Part shown: positions 1 to 11,550 of the stretch, one piece after another
Layout of the letters: every line of letters starts with the position of its first letter
Position numbering within the stretch: the stretch's first letter is position 1
Assembly: GCA_002269645.1 (NCBI GenBank)
Contig: NIVC01000197.1
Span: 372,001-436,000, forward strand
Origin: Macrostomum lignano
Taxonomy: Eukaryota
Length of the DNA: 64,000 nt
Direction of reading: 5' to 3'
Notes under the pieces: model-generated
What the model was told of the DNA's origin: nothing
What the model saw: only the letters and a program-made list of their open reading frames with translations
Database searches by the model: none
Translations under genes and position numbers: made by a program

Positions 1-155
1 AACTGCTACTAGTGGTAGTAGTGCGGGGGCATTCTTCACAAAATATCAACAACTAGATTGCTTTGTAAAATATCAATGAGCTACAATAGCAGAAAACAAA
101 GCTGAAAATAAATTATAGTAATTGACAAGACCAATACTAACAAACAAGCGCTTAC

Positions 156-225
156 TGAATGTAGACATGAAGCTCGAAGAGTCCCAGTCTCTCGCCTGCT
201 TTTCGTCAGAGCTGGAATCCGACCT
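156..225 (-). CDS. MADD: MADD probable coding exon 10 (70 nt)
   Basis: gttccag|RSDSSSDEKQARDWDSSSFMSTF A|gtaagc; phase 0 start fits exon 9; no homology support. Confidence 0.6.
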
Positions 226-253
226 CTGGAACAGTGAAAGGCGATGAAGATGG

Positions 254-423
254 TGAAGCTGTGATTCCCCTGCCCAGTTTACTGAAGCTGTGATTCCCCT
301 GCCCAGTTTACTGAAGCTGTGATTCCCCTGCCCAGTTTACTGAAGCTGTGATTCCCCTGCCCAGTTTACTGAAGCTGTAATTCCCACCCCAGTTTACTGA
401 AGCTGTAATTCCCCCTCCCCAGT
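254..423. repeat. Intronic minisatellite, 29-bp unit GCTGTGATTCCCCTGCCCAGTTTACTGAA, about 5.5 copies
   Basis: Directly visible tandem copies. Confidence 0.95.
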
Positions 424-425
424 AC

Positions 426-898
426 CGAGTCCAACAGCAAACTTGCCTTCCTAATGTCGCAGTAGTGCGTATAGGCGATCTCCAACAGCAGCATGGCGGA
501 GGCCACCCCGCCGCCGCTTCCGTCACCCCCTTCGCCGCCTCCGCCGGCGCAGTGCTGGGCGGTCAGGCCGGCAACGGCGGCTCGCAGCACGTCGAGCAGG
601 CCGCGAAACACGGCTGGCCGGAGCGGCACGTCGGCGAGGCGACCGACGCCAACTTCGTCCGCGCCGACGGCAGGCGAGGTCGGGGCGGGCGGCCGCTGGC
701 GCAGCAGCTGCAATAAGAAGGCGCGGCAGCGCTCCTGGGCCATCAGACTGTTCAACCGCATCGACCGGGTGATGAACCCGACGCCTTGGCCGGCGAGCAC
801 GCTGGAGGCGATTTCCCGAAGGAATCGCTGCTCCTCGTCCAGGCCGGCGCCCGTCACTGTGGGAGGCTGGCGACCCTGATGCCTGACCGTCTGCTGGG
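426..898 (-). CDS. MADD: MADD coding exon 9
   Basis: EQRFLREIASSVLAGQGVGF...VFRGLLDVLR...LLLEIAYTHY matches MADD [20 protein letters not shown]...LLEIAQTHY; donor TCG|gtactg. Confidence 0.9.
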
Positions 899-959
899 CT
901 GCAGGGCAACAAGGGGCAACGTGACCTCGACTCGCCAATGATGGCATCGGACAGATGCA

Positions 960-2812
960 ATGACACAAATGAAAATGCATGTCAGATCCAATTGTGTCAG
1001 AGCCAATGAAAATTGTGTCAGACCCAATGAAAATTGTGTCAAACTCAATGAAACTGTGTAAGATCCAATGAAATTGTGTCAGACCCACAATGAAACTGTG
1101 TCAGACCCACAATGAAACTGTGTCAGACCCACAATGAAGCTGTGTCAGACCCACAATGAAAGTGTCAGACCCAATGAAACTGTCAGACATTATGAAATTT
1201 GTGTAAGACCCACAATGAAACTGTGTCAGACCCACAATGAAACTGTGTCAGACCCACAATGAAACTGTGTCAGACCCACAATGAATCTGTCAGACCCACA
1301 ATGAAACTGTGTCAGACCCACAATGAAACTGTGTCAGATCAACAATGAAACTGTATCAGACCCAATGAAACTGTTTCAGGCCCAATGAAACTGTGTCAGA
1401 CCCAATGAAACTGTGTCAGACCCACAATGAAACTGTCAGACCCAATGAAAACTGTGTCAGACCCAATGAAAACTGTGTCAGACCCAATGAAAACTGTGTC
1501 AGATTCAATGAAACTGTCAGACCCAATGAAAACTGTGTCAGACCCACAATGAAAACTGTGTCAGACCCAATGAAAACTGTGTCAGACCCAATGAAAACTG
1601 TGTCAGACCCAATGAAACTGTGTCAGACTCAATGAAACTGCGTCAGACTCAATGAAAATTGTGTCAAACTCAATGAAACTGTGTCAGACCCAATGAAAAC
1701 TGTGTCAGACCCAATGAAACTGTGTCAGACCCAATGAAACTGTGTCAGACCCAATGAAACTGTGTCAGACCCACAATGAAACTGTGTCAGACCCACAATG
1801 AAACTGTGTCAGACCCACAATGAAACTGTGTCAGACCCACAATGAAACTGTGTCAGACCCACAATGAAACTGTATCAGACCCAATGAAACTGTGTCAGGC
1901 CCAATGAAACTGTGTCAGACCCAATGAAACTGTGTCAGACCCACAATGAAACTGTGTCAGACCCACAATGAAGCTGTGTCAGACCCACAATGAAAGTGTG
2001 TCAGACCCAATGAAACTGTCAGACATTATGAAATTTGTGTCAGACCCACAATGAAACTGTGTCAGACCCACAATGAAACTGTGTCAGACCCACAATGAAA
2101 CTGTGTCAGACCCACAATGAAACTGTCAGACCCACAATGAAACTGTGTCAGACCCACAATGAAACTGTGTCAGATCCACAATGAAACTGTATCAGACCCA
2201 ATGAAACTGTTTCAGGCCCAATGAAACTGTGTCAGACCCAATGAAACTGTGTCAGACCCACAATGAAACTGTCAGACCCAATGAAAACTGTGTCAGACCC
2301 AATGAAAACTGTGTCAGACCCAATGAAAACTGTGTCAGATTCAATGAAACTGTCAGACCCAATGAAAACTGTGTCAGACCCACAATGAAAACTGTGTCAG
2401 ACCCAATGAAAACTGTGTCAGACCCAATGAAAACTGTGTCAAACTCAATGAAACTGTGTCAGACCCAATGAAACTGTGTCAGGCCCAATGAAACTGTGTC
2501 AGACCCAATGAAACTGTGTCAGACCCACAATGAAACTGTGTCAGACCCACAATGAAACTGTGTCAGACCCACAATGAAACTGTGTCAGACTCAATGAAAC
2601 TGTGTCAGACCCACAATGAAACTGTGTCAGACCCACAATGAAACTGTGTAAGACTCAATGAAACTGTGTAAGACTCAATGAAACTGTGTCAGATTCATTG
2701 AAACTGTCAGATCCAATGAAAACTGTGTCAGACCCAATGAAAACTGTGTCAGACCCAATGAAAACTGTGTCAGACCCAATGAAACTGTGTCAGGCCCAAT
2801 GAAAACTGTGTC
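960..2812. repeat. Intronic minisatellite, 20-23-bp unit AATGAAACTGTGTCAGACCC(AC), about 1.85 kb
   Basis: Directly visible tandem copies; contains an internal duplication with 836-bp offset. Confidence 0.97.
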
Positions 2813-2872
2813 GCAACCTACAGAAGCATGACAGGTCTAGTTCGTCAGTCAGAATAAATGTGTCAGGCTCAC

Positions 2873-3204
2873 CCAACACTTCGCCAAATCTCGTTCCCGC
2901 ACGCCTTCCAATGCTATCGCCGATGCCGGAGAAGAAGCCGCCGCCGCTGCCGCCGCCTCCGCCGCCGCCGCTGCCGCCGCCTCCGCCGCCGCCGCCGCCG
3001 CCGCCAACGCCCAGGCTGGAATCGTCGTGACTGTAGCGAGTCTGGGAGCGCAGGTTGCTCAAATCGGAGGTGCTGGAGTAGCGGACGCTGCCGGACCGGC
3101 TGAACGGCGTCGGAGCAACGGAGCTCGGTCGGCTCAGGACGCTGTCAGCGACGGAGGCCGCTGAGGAGGGTGGAGGGCCGCCACCTGTCGCCGACCGGAG
3201 CGAT
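2873..3204 (-). CDS. MADD: MADD coding exon 8 (Ser/Gly-rich linker)
   Basis: GC-rich open frame; acceptor gcccag, donor G|gtgagc; phases match neighbouring exons. Confidence 0.78.
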
Positions 3205-3285
3205 CTGGGCGGGCAAAATGTTGGTTGCGTAATGAATTTTTTTATAATTACTGTTATTAAATACTAACAGTGTTTGTATTTTTAC

Positions 3286-3332
3286 CTGGCTGTCAGGGTG
3301 GACATTGAATGCGAGAGATGGCTGCTGGAGAG
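3286..3332 (-). CDS. MADD: MADD coding exon 7 (47-nt micro-exon)
   Basis: tttcag|LSSSHLSHSMSTLTA-R|gtaaaa; supplies the phase 0 to phase 2 shift needed to join exons 6 and 8. Confidence 0.7.
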
Positions 3333-3736
3333 CTGAAATTATTATTAAAGCGTGCAGGGATTCAGTTTTGAGTAAATAATGACACTGTCTTTCACCCGAC
3401 GGAAAATCCGTGGAAATTCCGCGAACTACCAATAAAGTCTGTCTCATTCTCTCCGGAATTTTTCTGGGTGACTGCTTAACCAAGGACTACTGTAGTACAA
3501 CAGAACGTTAGACTCAAAGATTTGGTAATTTTTTGAAGGCCTATTTCCTAGAATACATTGAATATGCATTGAAATTCAATTATGTAACTACAATAATTGT
3601 TCAAGAATACCTGCGTGCAACATTTTTTATTACAAATAAACTTGATTCAAGAAAGAACAAAAAAGTCTAGCTTTGTATCTACAAGTTTGGGTATATGAAA
3701 TAAAAAGAAAATAATATTTTCCTGTTCATCCTGTTA

Positions 3737-3993
3737 GGGGGTTCGATTCTCGACCCACTGGAACAATTTGTGTCCTTGAGCAAGACACTTAACTCTGCAT
3801 TGCTTCAGTTCACCCAGCTGTAAAATGGGTGCCAGCATTAGCTGGGGTAATTGAGGGTGTGTGTGGTGACCCCCCAGTCCTTGGACTGAACAGCCGTACG
3901 CAGCCTTCAGACGCACCGCGCAATAGCTGCGGCTGAGCTGTCGGTTGCACTTCTGGCCCAATTGGGGCAGGTGTGATCAATTATTATTATTAT
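3737..3993 (+). mobile_element. tRNA-derived SINE with CORE-like domain, 5'-truncated copy
   Basis: B box GGTTCGATTC; CORE-like TGTCCTTGAGCAAGACACTTAAC...CTGTAAAATGGG; (ATT)n tail; second copy at 17811-18089. Confidence 0.85.
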
Positions 3994-4013
3994 GCTATAC
4001 TACAGTGGTCCTT

Positions 4014-4620
4014 GTGCTCAATCTGGGATGGCTGACTGCTCAATTCGGGATGGGAGACTGCTCAATCTGGGATGGGAGACTGCTCAATCTGGGATGGGAG
4101 ACTGCTCAATCTGGGATGGGAGACTGCTCAATCTGGGATGGGAGACTGCTCAATCTGGGATGGGAAACTGCTCAATCTGGGATGGGAGACTGCTCAATCA
4201 CGGATGGGAGACTGCTCAATCACGGATGGGAGACTGCTCAATCTGGGATGGGAGACTGCTCAATCTGGGATGGGAGACTGCTCAATCTGGGATGGGAGAC
4301 TGCTCAATTCGGGATGGGAGACTGCTCAATCTGGGATGGGAGACTGCTCAATTCGGGATGGGAGACTGCTCAATCTGGGATGGGAGACTGCTCAATTCGG
4401 GATGGGAGACTGCTCAATCTGGGATGGGAGACTGCTCAATCTGGGATGGGAGACTGCTCAATTCGGGATGGGAGACTGCTCAATCTGGGATGGGAGACTG
4501 CTCAATTCGGGATGGGAGACTGCTCAATCTGGGATGGGAGACTGCTCAATCTGGGATGGGAGACTGCTCAATCTGGGATGGGAGACTGCTCAATCTGGGA
4601 TGCATGTCAGCTCAATCTGG
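4014..4620. repeat. Intronic minisatellite, 22-bp unit GGGAGACTGCTCAATCTGGGAT
   Basis: Directly visible; explains the overlapping repetitive ORFs at 3945-4951. Confidence 0.97.
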
Positions 4621-4670
4621 AGATCTTTGCTATCTGGGATATGCTTCGGCATATGGTAAAGTTCCCTTAC

Positions 4671-4733
4671 GCAGTCTCCGAGCCCTTCATCCAACTCGTC
4701 ATCTTCTGCATCTTCGCTCAACTCGCTGGAGGA

Positions 4734-4771
<38 letters not shown>

Positions 4772-5305
4772 TCCGGCCGTCCTCCTGTTCGTCGTCTCCG
4801 GCTGCGTCAATTTCGTCGCCGAACTCGTCGGTCGCCGGTTTGGTCGAAAATTTCGGCGGGCGAAACGCCGCAGCGAATTCGGCCGGGCCGAGGGCCGCAG
4901 GGGCGACGCTGTTATTACTGCTGGGCAGGTTGGCGCCGGTTGCCATGGTAACCAGCTCCTGCGGGGACACGGCCTCTGGCCAGACAGGCCGAAACTCGGC
5001 GCCAAGGAACAGCTGGGAGGGCTGGCAGCAGTCGTGACAGACGCGGCTCAAATCGCAGCTGAACCACTTGGCCTTGTCGCCAACAGCTGCTGGGTCGCGC
5101 AGGCCGCTGCTGATTCTCTCATAGGCGAGATTGTCAGGCGTCTGGCACCACTCGGCCAGGTATTCAACGGCCTGGGTGCGGGCAAGAGCGTCCGTGAAGG
5201 CGCCGACCGCTCGACGCGGCCGGGAGCGCAGGAAGGCGCGGTATTGGAAGGCCACAACAGGTCTGGGGCGGGCGCGAAGGCAGCGGCTGTGTTCGGCAGC
5301 GTTGC
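4671..5305 (-). CDS. MADD: MADD coding exon 6 (dDENN plus Gly/acidic tract)
   Basis: RPRPVVAFQ...LARTQAVEYLAEW...DPAAVGDKAKWF; acceptor atccag, donor TGC|gtaagg. Confidence 0.92.
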
Positions 5306-5470
5306 CTGGATAATCGGAAATAAAATAAATAGTTCAGCATGTCTTTTTATTCACTACAGAACAGTAGTTAGAGCCTTACAGCTTCAGTCGCCAAACAAAT
5401 ATACCCTAAAAGAGCACTTAACCTCTGAACTTCTGAAGCGTGCACTGAAAGAGGCATGGTTAGTTAACAC

Positions 5471-5929
5471 TGAAGCATGCTTTGACCCTGAAGCATGCTG
5501 TGACCTTGAAACATGCCATGATCTTGAAGCATGCTATGACCTTGAAGCATGCCGTGATATTGAAGCATGCTGTGACCTTGAAGCATGCCGTGATATTGAA
5601 GCATGCTGTGACCTTGAAGCATGCCGTGATATTGAAGCATGCTGTGACCTTGAAGCCTGTCGTGACCTTGAAGCATGTCGTGATATTGAAGCATGCTATG
5701 ATCTTGGAGCATGACGTGACCTTGAAGCATGCCGTGATATTGAAGCATGCTATGATCTTGGAGCATGACGTGACCTTGAAGCATGTCGTGATATTGAAGC
5801 ATGCTGTGACCTTGAAGCATGCCGTGATATTGAAGCATGCTGTGACCTTGAAGCATGCCGTGATATTGAAGCATGCTGTGACCTTGAAGCATGTCGTGAC
5901 CTTGAAGCATGTCGTGATATTGAAGCATA
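5471..5929. repeat. Intronic minisatellite, 18-bp unit (TGAAGCATGCTGTGACCT / TGAAGCATGCCGTGATAT alternating)
   Basis: Directly visible. Confidence 0.97.
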
Positions 5930-5971
5930 CTAAAGGTATGTCTAAACCCCCCCCCCAACCCTAATCCTCAC

Positions 5972-6179
5972 CAAGCAGCGCTGGCGACGCAAAAAACTGC
6001 GCCATAGCGACGCGAATACCAACATCAACGGAGTCAACGTCGTTGCCGAACACCAGCTGGTGACGCATCGACGATGGCGGAGGCGGCGGCGGGAGCTGCG
6101 ACTGACCGGACGAAGTGGCCACCAGGGAGTCCAGGTTGGCGATAGGCCGTGACTGGCTCTCCCGCATGCTGGTCAGGGC
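5972..6179 (-). CDS. MADD: MADD coding exon 5
   Basis: ALTSMRESQ...[21 protein letters not shown] matches MADD [21 protein letters not shown]; donor G|gtgagg. Confidence 0.92.
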
Positions 6180-6404
6180 CTGATGAGGCGATTAGCGTTT
6201 GTTAATGTACATTTGTGCAAAATTATCTCTATAATGATTAACATGATAATTAGGTACCAAAACACCTGGCACTAGTTTGTCACACAATTACGTACTTATC
6301 ATACGAGTAAGTGCACTGCTGGAGAGCCGTAAAGCAAAACGCTAGGATTAAAAATTCTGTAGCTAAGTGCAATCAACGGCCAAAATTGCACAGTGATAAG
6401 GATT

Positions 6405-6618
6405 AGGATTGAGATCAGAATCGGTATCAGGAAGGGATTCGAATAGGGATCAGGAAAGGGATTGGGATCAGGAAAGGGATTAGGATCAGGAAAGGGATTA
6501 GGATAGGGATCAGGATCGAGATTATACCAGGAAAGGGATTCTAATCGGGATTAGGATACGGATCAGGAAAGGGATTATGATCAGGATCGGGATTAGGATA
6601 GGGATCAGGATTGGGATC
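6405..6618. repeat. Degenerate 6-mer-based repeat (GGGATC/AGGATT/AGGAAA)
   Basis: Directly visible. Confidence 0.85.
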
Positions 6619-7095
6619 CTGTCTTGACACAGGAGTTTGGATTCAAGGCAATCTATATTTTTACGAAGGAATGAAGCGAGGGAAATAGGAAGGAAAAAGG
6701 AAACAAATGCATATAAAAAGCATTTCACCTCAAATGGAAAGCATAAATACGCAAAAGGGTTAAAAAGCACTAATTAGTTAGTAAACGTTTTTATAAATTA
6801 TCAATACTTTACTCTAAAATAAAAAATATAAGGAAATCTTGTGCGTGCGCGTGTGCGTACACAGTGCATACTACTCACGAGTAACACACGTAGCGAGTGA
6901 TTTTTAAATTAAAAAATAATAAATCGATAGAAACACACAGAGATAAGAGCATTCGCTGAGACTCACGTCCAGATACTGAAATTGGAGAGATATTGCGAGC
7001 CTTGTATGCATAGCATGCTGCCATTTTTACTGCGATAATGACATGCATTTAAAATATTGTGCTGTTAATTATGACTAGCCAACCAAGCTATTTAC

Positions 7096-7179
7096 CTGAT
7101 TCAACTGCTTACATAGCAGTTTCTGCTCCTGTTCGGGCAAGCTGTCCAAATTGCACAGTTTTGACGCGCCGGAGTTTAC
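7096..7179 (-). CDS. MADD: MADD coding exon 4 (84 nt)
   Basis: ttacag|VNSGASKLCNLDSLPEQEQKLLCKQLNQ|gtaaat; phase 0/0; aligns with MADD LPILPEPESLELKKHLKQ. Confidence 0.85.
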
Positions 7180-7254
7180 CTGTAAGGAATGCCAACAAGT
7201 GCTAATTATACTACTGATAAGCAACACAGGTAGTATGCGAGGAACTTTTTCTAG

Positions 7255-8935
7255 ATTTTTGGAGATTCTAGCGCCAAAAATCGCAGGTGAGATGCTAGCG
7301 CCAATTAAAAATTGCAGGTGAGATTCTAGCGCCAATTAAGAATCACAAGTGAGATTCAAGCGCCAATTTAGCACCGCAAGTGAGATTCTAGCGCCATATT
7401 TAGCTTCTCAAGTGAAATTCTAGCGCCATATTTAGCTACTCAGGTGAAATTCTAGCGCCAATTTAGCGCCGGAGGTAAGATTCTAGCGCCAATTTAGCAC
7501 CGCAGGTGAGATTCTAGCGCCATATTTAGCTTCTCAAGTGAAATTCTAGCGCCATATTTAGCTTCTCAGGTGAAATTCTAGCGCCATATTTAGCTTCTCA
7601 AGTGAAATTCTAGCGCCATATTTAGCTACTCAGGTGAAATTCTAGCGCCAATTTAGCGCCGCAGGTGAGATTCTAGCGCCATATTTAGCTTCTCAAGTGA
7701 AATTCTAGCGCCATATTTAGCTACTCAGGTGAAATTCTAGCGCCAATTTAGCACCGCAGGTGAGATTCTAGCGCCAATTTAGCGCCGCAGGTGAGATTCT
7801 AGCGCCATATTTAGCTTCTCAAGTGAAATTCTAGCGCCATATTTAGCTTCTCAGGTGAAATTCTAGCGCCATATTTAGCTTCTCAAGTGAAATTCTAGCG
7901 CCATATTTAGCTACTCAGGTGAAATTCTAGCGCCAATTTAGCGCCGCAGGTGAGATTCTAGCGCCATATTTAGCTTCTCAAGTGAAATTCTAGCGCCATA
8001 TTTAGCTACTCAGGTGAAATTCTAGCGCCAATTTAGCGCCGCAGGTGAGATTCTAGCGCCAATTTAGCGCCGCAGGTGAGATTCTAGCGCCAATTTAGCA
8101 CCGCAGGTGAGATTCTAGCGCCATATTTAGCTTCTCAAGTGAAATTCTAGCGCCATATTTAGCTTCTCAGGTGAAATTCTAGCGCCAATTTAGCGCCGCA
8201 GGTGAGATTCTAGCGCCATATTTAGCTTCTCAAGTGAAATTCTAGCGCCATATTTAGCTACTCAGGTGAAATTCTAGCGCCAATTTAGCACCGCAGGTGA
8301 GATTCTAGCGCCATATTTAGCTTCTCAAGTGAAATTATAGCGCCATATTTAGCTACTCAGGTGAAATTCTAGCGCCAATCTAGCGCCGCAGGTGAGATTC
8401 TAGCGCCATATTTAGCTTCTCAAGTGAAATTCTAGCGCCATATTTAGCTACTCAGGTGAAATTCTAGCGCCATATTTAGCTTCTCAGGTGAAATTCTAGC
8501 GCCAATTTAGCGCCGCAGGTGAGATTCTAGCGCCATATTTAGCTTCTCAAGTGAAATTCTAGCGCCATATTTAGCTACTCAGGTGAAATTCTAGCGCCAA
8601 TTTAGCACCGCAGGTGAGATTCTAGCGCCATATTTAGCTTCTCAAGTGAAATTATAGCGCCATATTTAGCTACTCAGGTGAAATTCTAGCGCCAATCTAG
8701 CGCCGCAGGTGAGATTCTAGCGCCATATTTAGCTTCTCAAGTGAAATTCTAGCGCCATATTTAGCTACTCAGGTGAAATTCTAGCGCCAATTTAGCACCG
8801 CAGGTGAGATTCTAGCGCCATATTTAGCTTCTCAAGTGAAATTCTAGCGCCATATTTAGCTACTCAGGTGAAATTCTAGCGCCAATTTAGCGCCGCAGGT
8901 GAGATTCTAGCGCCAATTTAACGCCGCAGGTGAGA
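7255..8935. repeat. Intronic minisatellite, about 32-33-bp unit ATTCTAGCGCCA(A/TA)TTTAGC-N5-CA(G/A)GTGA(G/A), three variants
   Basis: Directly visible; variants recur in an A-B-C order. Confidence 0.97.
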
Positions 8936-9155
8936 TTTCTTGCAGGTAAGGCAACATGACGCCCCATTTTAATTAGGGAATGAGGGTAGACAGGAGACCC
9001 CTTGACCTCCAGCAATAATCCCGAGGCCTGGGCAGCTGCCCCCTGCCCCCATCTTCCGGGCCCCCTCCACTCTAAGAGCCTCAGGTACTGCACTGACTAA
9101 CTGATTACTTAAACTAGCACGCCAAATTCTTCGCAAAACAAAACCAATGGCTCAC

Positions 9156-9560
9156 CTTGGCGGAGTCCAGATCAACCAGCAGCACCTCCGATGGCAGCTG
9201 AAAGTCTGGCCGGCCAGTCAGGAATCCCGCCGGCAAGCCGATCAGGTAGGGCGTCGGCGCCAGCAGCAGCTGCTCGGCGCCTGTCATGCCAGCGGGCAGC
9301 AGGGGGATCACGGGGAACACGTACTGCAGCGGGTACAGCAGAGCCACCAGGCTCAGCACGCTGTCAGACAGGCATCCGGGATCGGCCGACTGCAGAGCCA
9401 CCTTGTGCTCCAACAGCAGGGTGGCCAACACGCGCATGCACAGCCCGGCGCCCAGCCGGCTGAGCGGAGTGTGCACCGAGTAGTCGGCGAGGGGCAGGCG
9501 GGACCGGTCAGGCAGGGCCAGCAGCAGGGGCGAGTAGAGCGACTCGGGCAGCACCGACAG
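9156..9560 (-). CDS. MADD: MADD coding exon 3 (core DENN)
   Basis: ALPDRSRLPLADYSVHTPL...LEHKVALQS...YPLQYVFPVIPLLP...[15 protein letters not shown]...VLLVDLD; acceptor cgccgcag, donor AAG|gtgagc. Confidence 0.95.
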
Positions 9561-9576
9561 CTGCGGCGTGGTGAGC

Positions 9577-10636
9577 ACACAGACTGGCAATTTGGACACT
9601 TTTACATACTGGCATAGACTGGCAATTTTGACACTTTTACACACTGGCATAGACAGGCAATTTTGACACTTTTACACACTGGCATAGACAGGCAATTTTG
9701 ACACTTTTACACACTGGCATGGACAGGCAATTTTGACACTTTTACACACTGGCATAGACAGGCAATTTTGACACTTTTACACACTGGCATAGACAGGCAA
9801 TTTGAACACTTTTACATAATGGCATAGACAGACAATTTGGACACTTTTACACACTGGCATAGACAGGCAATTTTGACACTTTTACACACTGGCATAGACT
9901 GGCAATTTGAACACTTTTACATAATGGCATAGACAGACAATTTGGACACTTTTACATACTGGCATAGACAGACAATTTGGACACTTTTACATAATGGCAT
10001 AGACAGACAATTTGGACACTTTTACATACTGGCATAGACTGGCAATTTGAACACTTTTACATAATGGCATAGACAGACAATTTGGACACTTTTACATAAT
10101 GGCATAGACAGACAATTTGGACACTTTGACATACTGGCATAGACAGGCAATTTTGACACTTTTACATACTGGCATAGACTGGCAATTTGGACACTTTTAC
10201 ATAATGGAATAGACAGGCAATTTTGACACTTTTACACACTGGCATAGACAGACAATTTGGACACTTTTACATAATGGCATAGACAGGCAATTTTGACACT
10301 TTTACACACTGGCATAGACTGGCAATTTGAACACTTTTACATAATGGCATAGACAGACAATTTGGACACTTTTACATAATGGCATAGACAGACAATTTGG
10401 ACACTTTTACATAATGGCATAGACAGACAATTTGGACACTTTGACATACTGGCATAGACAGGCAATTTTGACACTTTTACATACTGGCATAGACTGGCAA
10501 TTTGGACACTTTTACATAATGGAATAGACAGACAATTTGGACACTTTTACATACTGGCATAGACAGGCAATTTGGACACTTTTACATACTGGCATAGACG
10601 GACAATTCGGACACTTTTACATACTGGCATAGACTG
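9577..10636. repeat. Intronic minisatellite, 35-bp unit GGCATAGACAGGCAATTTTGACACTTTTACACACT
   Basis: Directly visible. Confidence 0.97.
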
Positions 10637-10712
10637 AGAAAGAATGGCGTAACGCTATTATGTGAAGACTGGCTTATCGAACACCTAAAAATGTCATAAG
10701 CCCGAATCCTAC

Positions 10713-10857
10713 CTGCAGTTTGGTGGCGCCAGGCGCGGGGGCGGGCGCGGACAGCAGGCGCAGGATCCAGGTCTCCACGGCGCGTGTATTAATAAGCGCA
10801 GATTCGCTAGCAGAGTGCGGCCTCTGCCAGCCCGCCAATAAGGCCCATACGGTGTCC
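10713..10857 (-). CDS. MADD: MADD coding exon 2
   Basis: Acceptor tctcctag; WILRLLSAPAP resembles MADD WIYRLLRSPVP; donor CAG|gtagga. Confidence 0.88.
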
Positions 10858-10886
10858 CTAGGAGACAGCGAGACGGTTAAAGACAA

Positions 10887-11090
10887 TGTGCGTACATTAC
10901 ATTGCTGATATGGGGAGGGTGTCGGTCAGTCTGGAGCGTGTGTAAATTGCTGATATGGGGAGGGTGTTGGTCAGACTGGAGCGTGTGTACATTGCTGATA
11001 TGGGGAGGGTGTCGGTCAGACTGGAGCGTGTGTACATTGCTGATATGGGGAGGGTGTTGGTCAGACTGGAGCGTGTGTACATTGCTGATA
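10887..11090. repeat. Intronic minisatellite, 45-bp unit, about 4.5 copies
   Basis: TGTGTACATTGCTGATATGGGGAGGGTGTCGGTCAGACTGGAGCG repeated. Confidence 0.95.
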
Positions 11091-11143
11091 AGGGAACGGA
11101 AGCCAGTCAAGGCAATTAAACAGAGCAGTTGAAAACGACGCAC

Positions 11144-11550
11144 CCAAAGCCGTCAACAATGGCTCTAAGCACTCGCAGACACTCGGTCAGCTTCGAATAA
11201 AAAGCGTGATGCCCGATGGCGCACAGGCAGAGCGGCAGGTGGCCAAAGCCAGTTGTGGAAAAATTCAGACAAGCGCCATGGCGCACAGTGCCGGAGTCCT
11301 TCTCGGTGAGGGTGAAGCCGAAGCTGCGCCCAGAAGGAGGCAGCGCGGTTGGCCAGCGCGCCTCCGGCTGGCAGAAGTGCACAATGTCCGGGGGCAGGCT
11401 GAAGTCCGCGTGATCAGCTGGCGGGTAGCGGCGGAGCAGGCAGGGGCGGGCGAAGGCGGCGTCAAGCTCGGAGGTGGTTGGCGCAGGGCCAATCAGCACG
11501 ACATAGTCTAGCAGGCGGGGACACTGCGACCCCAGCTGAGCACTGCTCAT
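11144..11550 (-). CDS. MADD: MADD coding exon 1 (uDENN)
   Basis: MSSAQLGSQCPRLLDYVVLIG...[24 protein letters not shown]...FTLTEKDSG matches the MADD uDENN; donor GG|gtgcgt at 11143, phase 2. Confidence 0.93.

Larger units (their letters stand above)
156..11550 (-). other. MADD: Gene model span: MAP kinase-activating death domain protein (DENN/MADD Rab3/Rab27 GEF); 10 coding exons in window, 3' part outside the window
   Basis: join complement(11144-11550,10713-10857,9156-9560,7096-7179,5972-6179,4671-5305,3286-3332,2873-3204,426-898,156-225). All junctions are GT-AG with consistent phases. Motifs in MADD order: [54 protein letters not shown]. Confidence 0.92.

Noticed and set aside
3945-5964. 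Long plus-strand ORFs (589 aa, 319 aa, 160 aa)
   Set aside because: They are translations of 22-bp and 18-bp minisatellites plus the antisense of MADD exon 6.
6178-6192. CTGATGAG hammerhead ribozyme core (similar motifs near 48525, 50530, 59062)
   Set aside because: No matching GAAA and stems; this one overlaps a splice acceptor and the 59062 copy lies in the p62 CDS.
8945-9112. GC-rich intronic segment with a short ACTGA-type tail, possibly an extra MADD exon or a retroelement end
   Set aside because: MADD homology is continuous without it, and there is no second copy or TSD to support a TE call.
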